DNA from: Octopus sinensis
Lineage: Eukaryota
NCBI RefSeq assembly: GCF_006345805.1
Contig: NC_042998.1
Location: forward strand, 193,254,001 to 193,318,000
DNA length: 64,000 bases
Direction of reading: 5' to 3'
The position numbers were made by a program, and so were the translations under genes. Below, in pieces: positions 37,095-50,399 of this stretch. Within the stretch, counting starts at the first letter, position 1. Each line of letters opens with the position of its first letter. The notes below the pieces were generated by a model. The model saw only the letters and a program-made list of their open reading frames with translations, did not search any database and was not told where the DNA came from.

Positions 37095-37709
37095 CTTTTC
37101 TAATATAGGCACAAGTACTGAAATTTTGGTGGAAGGGGGCCAGTTGATTATATCGACCCCAGTACGCAACTGGTACTTAATTTATTGACCCCGAAAGGAT
37201 GAAAGACAAAGTCGACCTCGGCAGAATTTGAACTCAGAACGAAGCATCAAATGAAATACCTATTTCTTTACTACCCACAAGGGGCTAAACACAGAGGGGA
37301 CACACAAGGACAGACAAACGGATTAAGTCGATTACATCGACCCCAGTACGTAACTGGTACTTAATTTATTGACCCCGAAAAGATGAAAGGCAAAGTCGAC
37401 CTCGGCGGAATTTGAACTCAGAACATAACGGCAGACGAAATACCGCTAAGCATTTCGCCCAGCGCACTAACGATTCTCATTTCTTTATTGCCTACAAGGG
37501 GTTAAACATAGAGGGGACAAACAAGGACAGACAAACGGATTAAGTCGATTACATCGACCCCAGTGCGTAACTGGTACTTAATTTATCGACCCCGAAAGGA
37601 TGAAAGGCAAAGTCGACCGCGGCGTAATTTGAACTCAGAACGTAACGGCAGACGAAATACGGCTACGCATTTCGCCCGGCTCGCTAACGTTTCTGCCAGC
37701 TCACCGCCT
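37095..37709 (-). mobile_element. SINE family A trimer-like array
   Basis: Three body units, two heads, terminal tail Y. Confidence 0.88.
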
Positions 37710-37854
37710 TGCAATTGTTCCTTCAATGACATAGAATACTTTTTGCCGTAAAATATTGGTCAGTGACATTAAAATCTTATGCAAAATCCATATTGGCAGT
37801 TAAACATCGAAACGTCCCGAATAGCACAGATAACTACTTTGGAACACCTCTCTT

Positions 37855-38257
37855 TTTCTTTTACTCTCTTTTACTTGTTTCAGTCATTTGACTGCGGCCA
37901 TGCTGGAGCACCGCCTTTAGTCGAGCATCTCGACCCCGGGACTTATTCTTTTGTAAACCCAGTACTTATTCTATCGGTCTCTTTTGCCGAACCGCTAGGT
38001 AACGGGGACATAAACGCACCAGCATCGGTTGTCATGCAATGCTAGGGGGACAAACACAGACACACAAGCACACACACGCATATATATATATATACATATA
38101 TACGACGGGCTTCTTTCAGTTTCCATCTACCAAATCCACTCACAAGGCTTTGGTTGGTCCGAAGCTATAGTAGAAGACACTTGCCCAAGGTGCCACGCAG
38201 TGTGACTGAACCCGGGACCATGTGGTTGGTAAACAAGCTACTTATCACACAGCCACC
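37855..38257 (-). mobile_element. SINE family B
   Basis: Full head-core-tail on the minus strand. Confidence 0.9.
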
Positions 38258-40129
38258 TGGTGAAATTGTTTCCCAATTATGTAGACAGCACAAGTTGGGA
38301 TCTGTAAAAGTAGGCTTTTGCGATAAAGAAGAGATTCTAAAAATAGAATGTAGAAAATAGAATTTGAAAGGAAAATAGATTAGCATGAATATGTAATGGG
38401 ACTTACAATAGAAAAGGATGGGACAGCACAAGGCGTGTATTTGTGGTCAGTACACTCATTACGCCATCTTTATTTATTTATTCCAACAATGTTAACGCCT
38501 TTCTCGTGATAATACAATAATAATGGCTTCTATTATTTGCCACAGTAATTATGTAATCGTCGACATTATTGTCGTGGTCGTCATCATCATTAATAACAAT
38601 AAAAACGATATCAACAAGAACACTAAAAATCGGCTAAAAACTCAAACGATTGCACGAGTGATAGGATCAGTATCGATCAATTGTAGTTCAATTGCTTATG
38701 ATAAGTACTCGTAATATTTGTTGAAATGAATTTCAGTTCAGTTTAACTAAGAATAATCAAACATGTTTATCGAGTCGTTTACATTGTAACTAATGTAGTC
38801 TTCATTAGCTTGTTATTAGACTGTTGCCGTGCTTATGCGCTATCTTCCGTGATTTTGGAAGATTGCATCGATTCCAGCACTGTCAGATTCTACTAATTTT
38901 CTCATCAGTCTCGTAAATTCCAAATTAACATGGCAGCTGTTACTACGCGGTCATCCGAAATCAAGAAGCCTCGGATAAAATCTTATGACCATAAGAAGCA
39001 TGCTGTTTTATTATAGGCTTCTGACATTTAGGAGAAAAGACATATGATCACTGCTAAGATGTCATAGGTCTTCTCGATCACGGGCTGACATGGACACAAT
39101 TATCTCAAAATTCGAAATAGAAGGTGGACAGTGATATTAAAGGAGGTAAGTAACGCTGGTTCAATGTACTGCGGAATGATATCGAAATCCAGACCGTATG
39201 ATTGTGGAGCAAAACCCTTTAGCAGCACAGCTATGGATGAGTGTATGAATATTCTTGTCAAATTAACCCGCCCCACAATTCTGTTAAAGCATTTGAAAAG
39301 ATTAAATCGAATTCCAATACAGAAAAGGAGTCGACTGAATAATGGAGCCCAGTGAATGGAATTATTCCTTTAAAACTGATAAAAAAGCTAAAATAGGACA
39401 TCGAATTTGATCGAAAACAATTGAATTTCAATAGAGATTTTAGGTTGGAAACTATGTTTTCTAAAAGTCGTAACATATCTTTTGTTTGTATTTCGACCCA
39501 AGCCGGCTCCGATATAGCAAGTAGATAAGAGAACACACATAATGTATCTCGCTCTACAGTTTTCCAGGCTAGCATACCACGAACCACGTCCTTAACCAGT
39601 GCATCCCACCCCTTATGCACTAGCACGCGAGTGACTAATCTAGAGGCTCCCTTGCTATCTTATAATTAGCATCGTTCCTTAAATGAACTAATACCGATTT
39701 CATAAACGTATTTGTGGTCGTTATGCATTTAGAGTTTCACTCATACAATAAAACAAATATAGATTACATTCTAACTCAATTTGATGCATTGGGCCTATGA
39801 CAGAAACATTATAAGCACAAAGTCATGCTTTTAGATAGGAGTAAAAAGGATTCTGTGACGTTTATGTCATTTTGTAAAGAAAAACTGGACTATTTTTAAA
39901 AAATTCTTTCGTTAAAACATCTGACAGCATTTCGTTTGCGTTTTTTATTACAGTAAATATTTGATATCTCTAACAAGAAAATTATTATGACAAATGCAGG
40001 AATATTTACTAACATTAATGAGACTTCAATGATAGAAATATCAGGAAGCTGTAAAGATACCTGAGACATTCTTGAAACACCTGGAGATTGTCAAGGACGG
40101 TTAGGACTTTGTAATTAGAACACCAAAAG

Positions 40130-41150
40130 ATGAAAAAGCATCAATACCAAGAGCAGGAGAGAACTCATAGCACAAAGGATACGGGATTCAATAGAGAAGG
40201 ATCACCGGGTGGAGGTATAGGGCTTTCCGCCAGGGTCAATGGATACAGTGGGACCAGGCACACGAGCGCCTATTGTTCTGGAAGGAACTCTTGAACTAGA
40301 GAAGATTGTCCTTTCTCCTGCGTGCTATTGTTGATTCTTGCCAACCACAAATAACCTTAAATTATGGGGAAATAAACAATCCCAACCTGTAAGCAGTGCA
40401 GAGCAACTCTTTGCATGCTGAACCACATTCTGACATGATGCCCTGGGGCAGTGGAGAAGGCCGGTACAAGTGGAGACATGACAAGATCCTTGCAGAAATT
40501 GCCAAGTGAACTGATCCGTAAAGAATAAAAGCTAATAACAGCTACCACCACCAAAGAGTGTCAAATCCTTAAAGGATGGTGACAAAGCTCCCAAGGTAAA
40601 AGCAATGGTAAAGGATCCGTTTTCTATTTTGCATTCAGCCACAGACTAGGTGATGAAATAGACCTGAAGAGCAGATTTGTTTCCCCATAACAGATATTGA
40701 TAACATCACTCCAGCCAGGCTTCTTTCTGCTTTCTAGAAATGTAAAAAGAATCATTGTCGTTGAGCTCACAGTTCCCTGGGTGGACAGACACCATATTTG
40801 CCATCAGATAAAGTAAACAAAATAAATATCAGGTCTTAGTCGATGAGGCCCTTGTCAAGGGATGGCATGCAGCCTCATTCCTCAATGAAATCGGCTACTG
40901 CAGCTTTCCAGGTAGATTAGGGCGTTATTTTCTACAGAAGATGGGTCTGAAACCGAAACAACTGAGGAAGCCATCAAGGAGATGGGGACCTCAGCTGAAA
41001 ATAGTTCAAAGTTTCTGTAGATAAGAACCCGCAAGTGGAAACCTTCCGTAGTTGAAGTCCTCGCTACCTCACCCAGGCAGGCGTGCAGGCAAAGGACCAT
41101 AACGCTTGGCACTCTGCGATACCCGCTGACGATGCAGAAATGTTTCCAGT
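40130..41150 (+). pseudogene. R2-superfamily (HERO/NeSL-like) non-LTR element remnant: zinc knuckle + restriction-like endonuclease
   Basis: QGQWIQWD, RLSFLLRAIVD, LPTTNNLKLWG, CKQC...HIL..CP, GRYKWRHDKIL, KRIIVVELTVPW, KGWHAASFLNEIG. Confidence 0.85.
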
Positions 41151-42244
41151 ACTGCAATGGATTTAGAAGAGCTTGGAAAACCTCTGAGTAACTCCTACAG
41201 TTTCTCCATGGGGCAAAGCATCCCTGAAGTTCATTTCACCCACATATATTCATATATCAATAATTCTGTAACGACCATGAAAATAACATCGTTCAAACGG
41301 AGAAAATTCTGAAATCTTGTTCAAGTTTTCAGTTTTGCCATTATCTCCAATGAGAATGTATATAATTAGAAACGTATATGATAACACACGCGTTAGACAA
41401 CAAATTGTAACAGTACCCCATTATAGCCGCAGCCAAATGATAGGGATTCGTAAAAATAGTCATTACTGATATAATGTATCTGGAAACTACTCAGCAGAGC
41501 ATTGCTGAGGGGATGAAAAGAAGAAACAATCGGAAGTTTTTCCTACAAAACTACCCAGTGATCATGTTGGATGCAAAACAAAGAGTTAATATAAATCTAA
41601 GAAGGAACATATAGAAGAGAAAGGCAAAACTACGCCTTCTCTACTCTGAATGCTCGTAATTTGATATAAACACAAACAATAACAGCAAAATAAGTTGTTA
41701 TCTGTGGTAACTCATTGCCTTTGTCAAAACAGTTACATGGCTGTTAGTTATATAATGATTAGTTACAAGACATTCTAACGAGCTTTAACAACTATTGTTG
41801 CTCTTTCATTTTCTCTAACACATTTGATATGGTTTTAATTAACTTTTATATCATTTGCCTCTAAAATTTATGTTTCCTGTTTTACACGTTCGACATCTGA
41901 CGAACATGTACCGCAGTCAATGAAGTGAGCTTCAATATTGTTGCACGGTTTAAAAACAAAAGACAAAAGAAAGCCAAACCTCGCTCAAATTACGCGCTAC
42001 TGATAATAAAAAAAAGAGACCCTTTCAATCATGTAGTCTTGGATACATTATCTGAATGTTAAAAAAAAGAAAAACAGGATGGTTACAGCTACAACATTGT
42101 TGATCCTAAGTCTGCTGGTTGGAGGCTAAACAACATGTTACACGTTGAAAAAAGAAAATAGATGTATATCAATATGATGACTACTGCAATATCAACACTC
42201 TTTTATTCTATTTACAATTCCAAAGTATCAAAAGTAAAATAATG

Positions 42245-42430
42245 GTTTCAAATTTTGGCACAAGGCCAGAAATTTCGGGTTAAAGGGAAAGTGGTACTTA
42301 TTTTATTGACCTCGAAAGGATGAAAGATAAAGTCCACATTAGCGATATTTGAACTCAAAATGTAATGATGGGCCAAATGCTGCCCAGCATTTTGCCCGGC
42401 GTGCTAACGATTCTGCAAGATCACCGCCTT
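42245..42430 (-). mobile_element. SINE family A (tail Y), decayed
   Basis: GACCTCGAAAGGATGAAAGATAAAGTCCAC; GCCCGGCGTGCTAACGATTCTGC. Confidence 0.75.
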
Positions 42431-42482
42431 ATCGAAACCAAAATAGTAAGACGCATAACATTTCGTTTAATTTTAATGTCTA

Positions 42483-42876
42483 ACTAGCAGTATCGCCCGG
42501 CGTAGCTCGGATTTGTTTCGACCCTTTAGAATTGGAATTTTTGAAAAGTAAAAGTTTGGCATTATGTAGCTTGTTATTCTCTTTAAGTGAACATTTTTCT
42601 GGTTGAAATACACCGAAAAATGGTGACACAGCAGTCAAAAAATCGTAACAAATACAAATTTTCATAGAAAAATAGCACCTTTTTTATGTAAATAATTTTT
42701 GGTGTTAACATTGTCCGATTTGAATTTTTTCTTCTACGGAAGGAAGTGCAAGCCTTCTTCTATCATACTCTCAATTTTGATCAACTTGCGCCACAGGATC
42801 TCGGAGGGGATAGTGTTAGTTAAAGGCTACCAAACCTGCCATACACAGACAACTTCAGCTTTATAGAGAGAGAGAT
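42483..42876 (+). mobile_element. Non-autonomous Helentron/HINE-like element
   Basis: Starts ACTAGCAGTATCGCCCGGCGTAGCTCGG, ends CACAGACAACTTCAGCTTTATAGAGAGAGAGAT; same termini style as 44301-44695. Confidence 0.65.
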
Positions 42877-44300
42877 TACGTGATACTAGTTTTCTATCAA
42901 TCAATCAGCCAATGGGTCAATTTATGACTCATTCATTCTATGACATCTAAATTTTGTTTATATTACAATTTGCTAGTATTAAGAGTTAAATCTTGCTCAA
43001 ATCTCATCAATTCCTCTTAGAAGCAAAGTCCTCCGAGACTAATGTAGCTCTAAATATACCACGTCTCAAGAAAAGACATGATGGTCACAACAAGAACGTT
43101 TACGGTTGTACAGCGGCACGAACGGATCTGTGACCTAACATCAGCAATAGTAATACAAGTTATAACTTCAATGACCCTTGTCACTTATTATATATGGTCT
43201 GAGTACTAGCATCTGAGAAGTTCCTCTCTAAGGTACCGGCTTGGGCAAAAGTTCTTTGAGGAATACTAGCCATTAATCAAGCATCGAAATACTTTCCAGG
43301 CCAGAGTTGTTGCCCGAGGAAAGGATAAGATCGATGCAACTTGGTACCAGTATCGCCACAGTCGTTGCCGTCAGAATACAGTTAGCCAGTATAGGTACCC
43401 CAATGTCTTCTGTCCGTCGCTGAAGCAACTCTTTCAATCCACCTCCATGGAGAAGTACCTTATTTATTAATCTCCACCGATCATAAGAAAAATCATAGGT
43501 AAATATGGCCTCACAGGAATTTGAACTCAGAGCGACAGAAATCAGAACAAATACTACCCGGTTGTCAAATCGCTGCCTTAAACTATTTCGAGAAAAGCTC
43601 AGAAAGGATATTTCATTCAAGTTATTATAAGGATTGAGTTCAGAAGTGTTTGTCGTTTCAAACAACTAAGCGAGAAAACAATGATGAAATTGCCGAAAAT
43701 TGACGTCGCTCCCCCTTTCGCGTGAAATTAAGAAAATTTTCGACGTTTCTTCCCCCTCTTCCTCTCCCTTTCTCTCTCTCACATACATACACACACAGAC
43801 ACAGATGCAAAATGGATTTTAAAATGTGGAAGTGACGTCTACAAGTACAACCTGAGGCAAAAAGAAAGTACAGGAGCTGAGCCACGTATGTATCTTTATG
43901 AATGTCGTACTCGAAATAAATATAAACGTCTTTTTTCTTTTACTTCATAAGCATATCAATTTAGTCTCCTCTCGTCTCCTATGAGAATCGTAAACAATTT
44001 GACAGCTAATTAACCCCCAGGGAGTAAATTATCACATCGAGCGCCTGAAATAGATAGTCCAGCAACACAGTGAAATTCTATATTCCAGAATAAATATATC
44101 AGTATTTAACTATAATGTAAACGGTTGATAAGTATATCAACATAGATGGCGTCCGCAAGTGCAGCCTTAGAGCATGAAACGAAAAAGATACCATCACAGG
44201 AGTGGATCCACGCAGCAATCTGTTGACTAGTGGTCGAACTGCCGATTATACAAGGTGTGTCTTGAATGAATTTCAGGCACGAATATCAAATATATACGAT

Positions 44301-44695
44301 ACTAGCAGTATCGCCCGGCGTTGCTCGGGTTTGTAAGGGAAATAACTATACAGCATTTTTAGAGAGTTATAGCCAAAAATTAGCCAAAAAATGCATTAAA
44401 AATGGAAAAAATATGATGGTAAATTTTTTTTAAATCGTTGACTTATCGTAGACATTTTTAGAGAGTTACTTCCCTTTAAAAAAATATGCGTGAAAATGGA
44501 AAAAAATTATGGTAAATTATTTTTAAAATCGTAGACTCATCGTAGACGCGCGCTAATACCCAGAAGGGCTCGATATGAATCACGACTATAAGATACCCGG
44601 TTTTGGTTGAACTGCACCGCAAAATGTGGGAGTAGTTAGGAATCTAAATCGAAGGGGACAGACACTCACACAACTACAGTTTTATATATATAGAT
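44301..44695 (+). mobile_element. Non-autonomous Helentron/HINE-like element
   Basis: Starts ACTAGCAGTATCGCCCGGCGTTGCTCGGG, internal ~105-bp duplication, ends CAACTACAGTTTTATATATATAGAT. Confidence 0.65.
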
Positions 44696-45067
44696 ATATG
44701 ACATTTCTCTATGTTTTAATGTGTTGCACACAAGTTTTTAACCAGAATTACGAACTTTATAGCCGTTCATCTGATGTGTGTATATGTATACTATGTAGTA
44801 TTCGGTTGCTGGAAACATGCAGTTATTTTTGGTTGGTTTTGTTGTTGTTTTTTTCTGTGTTGTTTCTGTTTTGTTTCTGTTGAACTTTGTTATAGTATCA
44901 GAAGGTGACTACGTTGAGTACGTATTGCGCAAGTTATGTAATTACAAATGACTGCCGAGAACGAATACACACACACACACACACATAAATTGCAACATTG
45001 AGATTATGGAAATTATGTACTGTGTGAGTCATGTTAGAGTATTGGAAAGACATTGTATTGAATATGT

Positions 45068-45488
45068 ACTCTCTTTTTACTCTTTACTCTTTTACTTGTT
45101 TCAGTCATTTGACTGCGGCCATGCTGGAGCACCGCCTTTAGTCGAGCAAACCGACCCCGGGACTTATTCTTTGTAAGCCCAGTACTTATTCTATCGGTCC
45201 CTTTTGCCGAACCGCTAAGTGACGGGGACGTAAACACACCAGCATCGGTTGTCAAGCAATGCTAGGGGGACAAACACAGACACACAAACATACACACATA
45301 TATATATATACATATACATATATCCGACAGGCTTCTTTCAGTTTCCGTCTACCAAATCCACTCACAAGGCATTGGTCGGCCCGTGGTTATAGCAGAAGAC
45401 ACTTGCCCAAGATGCCACGCAGTGGGACTGAACCCGGAATCATGTGGTTGGTTAGCAAGCTACTTACCACACAGCCACTCCTGCGCCT
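45068..45488 (-). mobile_element. SINE family B, near consensus
   Basis: Reverse complement of 8918-9335, high identity. Confidence 0.92.
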
Positions 45489-45789
45489 ATGTAAATTTAC
45501 TATGTAAATTTATATAGTATTATGAAGTGATTGCATAGAATATATCCTGAAATTTGTGTTAGATTATTGCGTCTTTAAAATACACAGTGTACGCTATTTT
45601 ATAGTATTGGGTGATGACTGTATATAAGGTATAACGTGCAAGTTGATTGAGTTTACGAAGGGCTGATTTGATTCTGTACATTCTAAGCCTGTTGGGAGAT
45701 GTTCGGACTGTGGTGCATGTTTTGAGTACGTTCATAATTAGTGGTGTGATTGTGATAGACTATATCTTGTTTATATAGTGTAGTTTGAA

Positions 45790-46430
45790 AGGGTGAGGTC
45801 GACCTTACCTTTCATTCTTTGCCGAGGCCAACTTTGCCTCTCAACCTTTTGGGTTTGATAAATTAAGTACCAGTAAAGTACTGGAGGTCGTTTTAATCGA
45901 CTAAACTCCTCCCCCAAAATTCCGAGCCTTGTGCCTATAGTAGAAGGGATTAATTTAATATTATGTGAACATTTGGTTTATAAAGTCTGGTATGATACTA
46001 AAGTTTCTGTTTCTTTATCATATCCAGTGCACAGATGTTCTTTGTACTACATCAGCTTGGCAGAATCGTTAGCACGTCGGGCGAAATACTTAGCAGTATT
46101 TCGTTTGTCTTTACGTTCTGAGTTCAAATTCCGTGAAGGTCGACTTTGCTTTTCATCCTTTCGGGGTCGATTAAATAAGTACCAGTTAATCGACTTAATC
46201 CGTTTGTCTGTCCTTGTTTGTCCTCTCTGTGTTTAGCCCCCTTGTGGGTAGTAAAGAAATAGGTATTTCGTGTGTCTTTATGTTCTGAGTTCAAATTCCA
46301 CCGAGGTCCACTTTGCCTTTCATCCTTTCGGGGTCGATAAATTAAGTACCAGTTGCATACTGGAGTCGATCTAATCGACTGCCCCACCTCCCTCAAAATT
46401 TCGGGACTTGTACCAAGAGTAGAAAAGATA
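45790..46430 (+). mobile_element. SINE family A: partial copy (45790-45950) and multimer (46056-46430)
   Basis: Repeated core motifs with tails X and Y. Confidence 0.8.
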
Positions 46431-46917
46431 TTTGAGCAATGCTTTTTCCTTTTCTTTTGTTTTATGTCAAAGAGGGACGAAATACCTCTCACTTTGCATA
46501 TTATTTCATTATAATCAATCATAATGAAAGCTGAAAAATTTATCCAATCAATTTTTGGTTTGTGCAATCATTTTCCTGATTGTAGTCAGGGATATGACTT
46601 TAGTCAGCTGAGTTATGTACGTTGTCTTGTACATGCTAATATCCTGCCTTTTAGTTATGTTGAGCTGTCGAAATATGGCCCGGTGAAAAGATTCTTACAC
46701 AGTCATATCTTTGGTTGCATAATGTGATGGCAAGGCACCCGGAGATTAACTTCTTATGCTTTTCAAGTATAGGCAAAGTTTTGTGGTCAAGGATTTCGCT
46801 TCGTACCCAGTTTGGATCCAGTCCAACTTCAGGGTACGTTGTTAAAGTACCTTACCGTATATTCCTGAGTTAACAAACGCATTCTAAATGGAATTTGTAG
46901 AAGGAATATGTGCCGCG

Positions 46918-46953
<36 letters not shown>

Positions 46954-47798
46954 CTCAGGATCGAACGAGTCGTTAAGAACTTTGCTTTGCAACCTCCATA
47001 AGGTCCAGGACTCGATCCCCCAATGGGGAAACATGAGCCTATACTATAAGTTTGTCTCGGCCCCAGCCTTTCGACTGACTTCGCTTTTTTTTCATCAGTG
47101 AAAGATGTTAACAACAGCGAACATCGCGTGTTACAGTTATTCCGATGTTATTACGCAAACTTTTGTCACTCCCGACATCGTAAATGCATCGAGTCCATGA
47201 TGATACTTTGAAAATCCGTGTACAACGCTAATGTTTTCAAAATGCGCCATAAAGGAAAAATAATATTTTAAAAGATGCTGATTACTTAGGCATTTGTTGT
47301 TTGGGTAGATTTTTTTTTGGTTAGGAATTCAGCTTAAGCAGCTAAATTCAAAATCTTCCGTTTCTGTTTAAGAGCCTCTGAGCCATTGTCAGCTTTCATA
47401 TTCTGGCATTTCCTTTTTGTCTAGACTTACTAATCAAGAGGAGATTTTTTTCCAATTTTTCTGTATTCTTTTTAGACTGAATTTTATCATTCATATAATT
47501 ACTCTTTTTCTATAGTTTTCACCTTATCTAGACCTTATCCTTGTTATAATTAGTTCCTAGTTTGTATTACATTATTTTTAATACTGTTTCACTATTAAAC
47601 TAATGTATCTATACTTTTCTAAGTATTTTTAAGACTCACTATAGATATATCGGAATATATCTCTCTTTGTATCAAGTCCCCTGAGTGGAAAGTAGATATA
47701 TCCAACCTCTTACTACTTCAGGATGATGGGGCCAAAATGTAATGTCTAGTTTCTCATTTTCTTTATCTAGACTCTTCATTTCACTCATATATTTTTAT

Positions 47799-49242
47799 GG
47801 AAACTATAGTTTATGGCTAAGATAATTACTGTAATGTAGTTATATTCTCATTTCTGGTAACTTTACTCTTCATTAGTACTTGTATATTTTCCTAGTTTCT
47901 AATATTCTCCATATTCCAGTCGTATATGTTATCAGGTTCATCTACTGTTAATTATTTTTATGAGTAGTTCTCTTCTAATTCTCTAATTTCCGAGTCTGGG
48001 TCTAATTTAATTTTCTCAGTTCTAATTAATTTAACACTGTAAGTAGATTTTATACATTTGTTTAACCTCATATTCGTTTAATTGCGGTTGAACTTGTACA
48101 CTTATTTTAGTAGACTATCCAGGTAAGTACTATTTCTGAGATAATATTTTTAATCGCCCGTATAATGGTTCATAATTTATGATTGTTTTCGGTCGAGAGA
48201 AAAGAACCGCGCCATGATCTTTGCAGGCTATTCGAGACTGTTGAGATTGATATGCGGTAGAAAAAGCAGAATGAGGAACCAGCTAGTCTGAGCTGGAGGC
48301 TGAATCATGTTGGCAGGCGTGATCCTGACAGTCAGCCAGTTGATTGTCGTTTGAATGCAGTGTATGATGCTTTTCTGTGTATCAGCAGCGCCTTCTCGGA
48401 TATAGAAGCAGCATTCTGCTTTGTAGAGTGTCGACAGCAGCTTCAAGCTAAAATATTTTCTAGCCAACAAAATGAAAGCTATTCTCCTGAACGCAGGTTA
48501 GGCTAAATTATTTCAAGCCACCAGGTGAGATTGTCGTTGATTGTCAGATTTCGCCTCACATTTGTGATAACTTATGTAGATTAAAGCCTAGAAAAGATGG
48601 ATGATAGGTTGTTTCCTTCACGTGAGCATTCCAAGTATCCGAGTGTCGAAGGGTATAAGGTTGTCTGCTTCTACAGGAAATATTTTTGAGAGCTTTGTTC
48701 ATAGGTGCAATGATGTGATGTGTCTAGGGTAGAATGGAGTGTGATATCACCTCCGTAGGAACATGTTTTGCTGGAGTTAACTGCAAGAGACAGTTAAAGG
48801 ACAAAGAGAAGGTCTGGGTCACACAACCGATCTTTGGAGGACATCAGAGCATGTTAAGAGCATGAATTATGAACCATTATACGGGCGATTAAAGATATTA
48901 TCTCAGAAATAGTACTTACCTGGATAGTCTACTAAAATAAGTGTACAAATTCAACCGCGATTTAACGAATATGAGGTTAAACAAATGTACAAAATCTACT
49001 TACAGTGTTAAATTAATTAGAACTGGAAAATTAAATTAGACCCAGACTCGGAAATTAGAGAATTAGAAGAGAACTACTCATAAAAATAATTAAGAGTAGT
49101 TGAACCTGGTAATATATACGACTGGAATATGGAGAATATTAGAAACTAGGGAAAATTACAAGCACTAATGAAGAGCAAAGTTGCCAGAAATGAGAATATA
49201 AGTACATTACAGTAATTATCTTAGCCATAAACTACCGCTTCC
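47799..49242. repeat. 383-bp inverted repeat arms with a ~680-bp spacer
   Basis: 47799-48181 is the reverse complement of 48861-49242 with scattered substitutions. Confidence 0.93.
48200..48840 (-). pseudogene. CR1-like LINE RT remnant
   Basis: SYGGDITLHST (YADD region), NLTW, STLYKA..CCFYI.EGAA, FYRI. Confidence 0.7.
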
Positions 49243-50399
49243 TTAAAGATATACCTGATTAGTTTTAATGGTGTTAACAATAGCAAAAATGACAATGATT
49301 AGCAACATGGGCAACTATTCTCCATGCAACGATTCTAAAATTGCTGACCATATTTCTCTCTATAGCTTTTCTTATGTGCAGAATTAGATAGTTTTGTCAA
49401 CTGTGTAACATTTGGAAGATCATCTGCTAAAGTCATTTGGCAAAACGAGAAGGCAGCTTTAGTCTGTTTAGTATTTATGATGAAACAGTGCAGCGAACAA
49501 GAGTGAAAGTACTGAGGTCGGATAAAAAATCATAATTAGATGCTGAACTAACTTTGCACCTTCAACTAATACTTCAAGTATAACTGTACATTTATCGCTG
49601 TATTGTAATTGTCATTTAGTAGTCCCATGCCAGTCCTGTTCAAGCAGATCTGTAATATCAAAAGTGTTCTTAATCATGCTAATCCAGTCTTTAAACAATT
49701 TGCTTCACGTTATTTGACATGTTCTAACTTCTTACTTGCTGCTTATTTGTAATAAATCAAGTGCCCAAAAGAGGATTCCTCATTAGCTTGCATCTTTGTG
49801 TCGTTTCGTTGCTCCGTACCGTATAATCACTTTCATTAGCCCGCAAAGAATTGTATGTGATACCTGTATAAACACCTCCCACTAATCCTTAAGGGGCCTA
49901 TGCAGTTGAAATCAATTTCCTATTTTCACTGTTTTCAGTTTTATCCTTGTTTCTCAAATAATTATCGGTATTGATACGGTCAACGGATCAATCTGTTATC
50001 TTGCAATAACAAAAGAATTATAATTTTAGCTTTGTGTTTTGTTATATATATATTCTTCATTGTGGACCTGATGTGCTCGCCTAGTTCGTGTCTCGTAACC
50101 ACAAGAAGCTTCTTCCTTGCTTGAATCGTATCCCTAAAATATTCCTGAAAAATGAATAGACCAATAATTATCTCTTCTAATTAGTATCAGTATTCTTCTC
50201 CACAAATCTATATAAGTGACAGTTAATCGTCTCTCATGAGCTCGTAATTATAGGAAGCGTTCAAAAGCATCCAAGACCCAAATCATCCCTTTTCGAGATT
50301 TCTGTACATTCACTTTAATTATCTTGTGACTTTCAGATACTAAGCGTACGTGTTCGAATCCGCCACAGAATAATACTTTAATTGATATCATTTAGTTGA

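Noticed and set aside
39017-39145. Perfect donor GAG|GTAAGT with an upstream acceptor
   Set aside because: All three frames contain stops. Similar short AG...GT candidates (near 8.17, 18.17, 36.33, 60.03, 61.23, 62.84 kb) do not assemble into a recognisable protein.
43273-43665. 130-aa minus-strand ORF
   Set aside because: Partly runs through a decayed SINE-A and has no recognisable domain.
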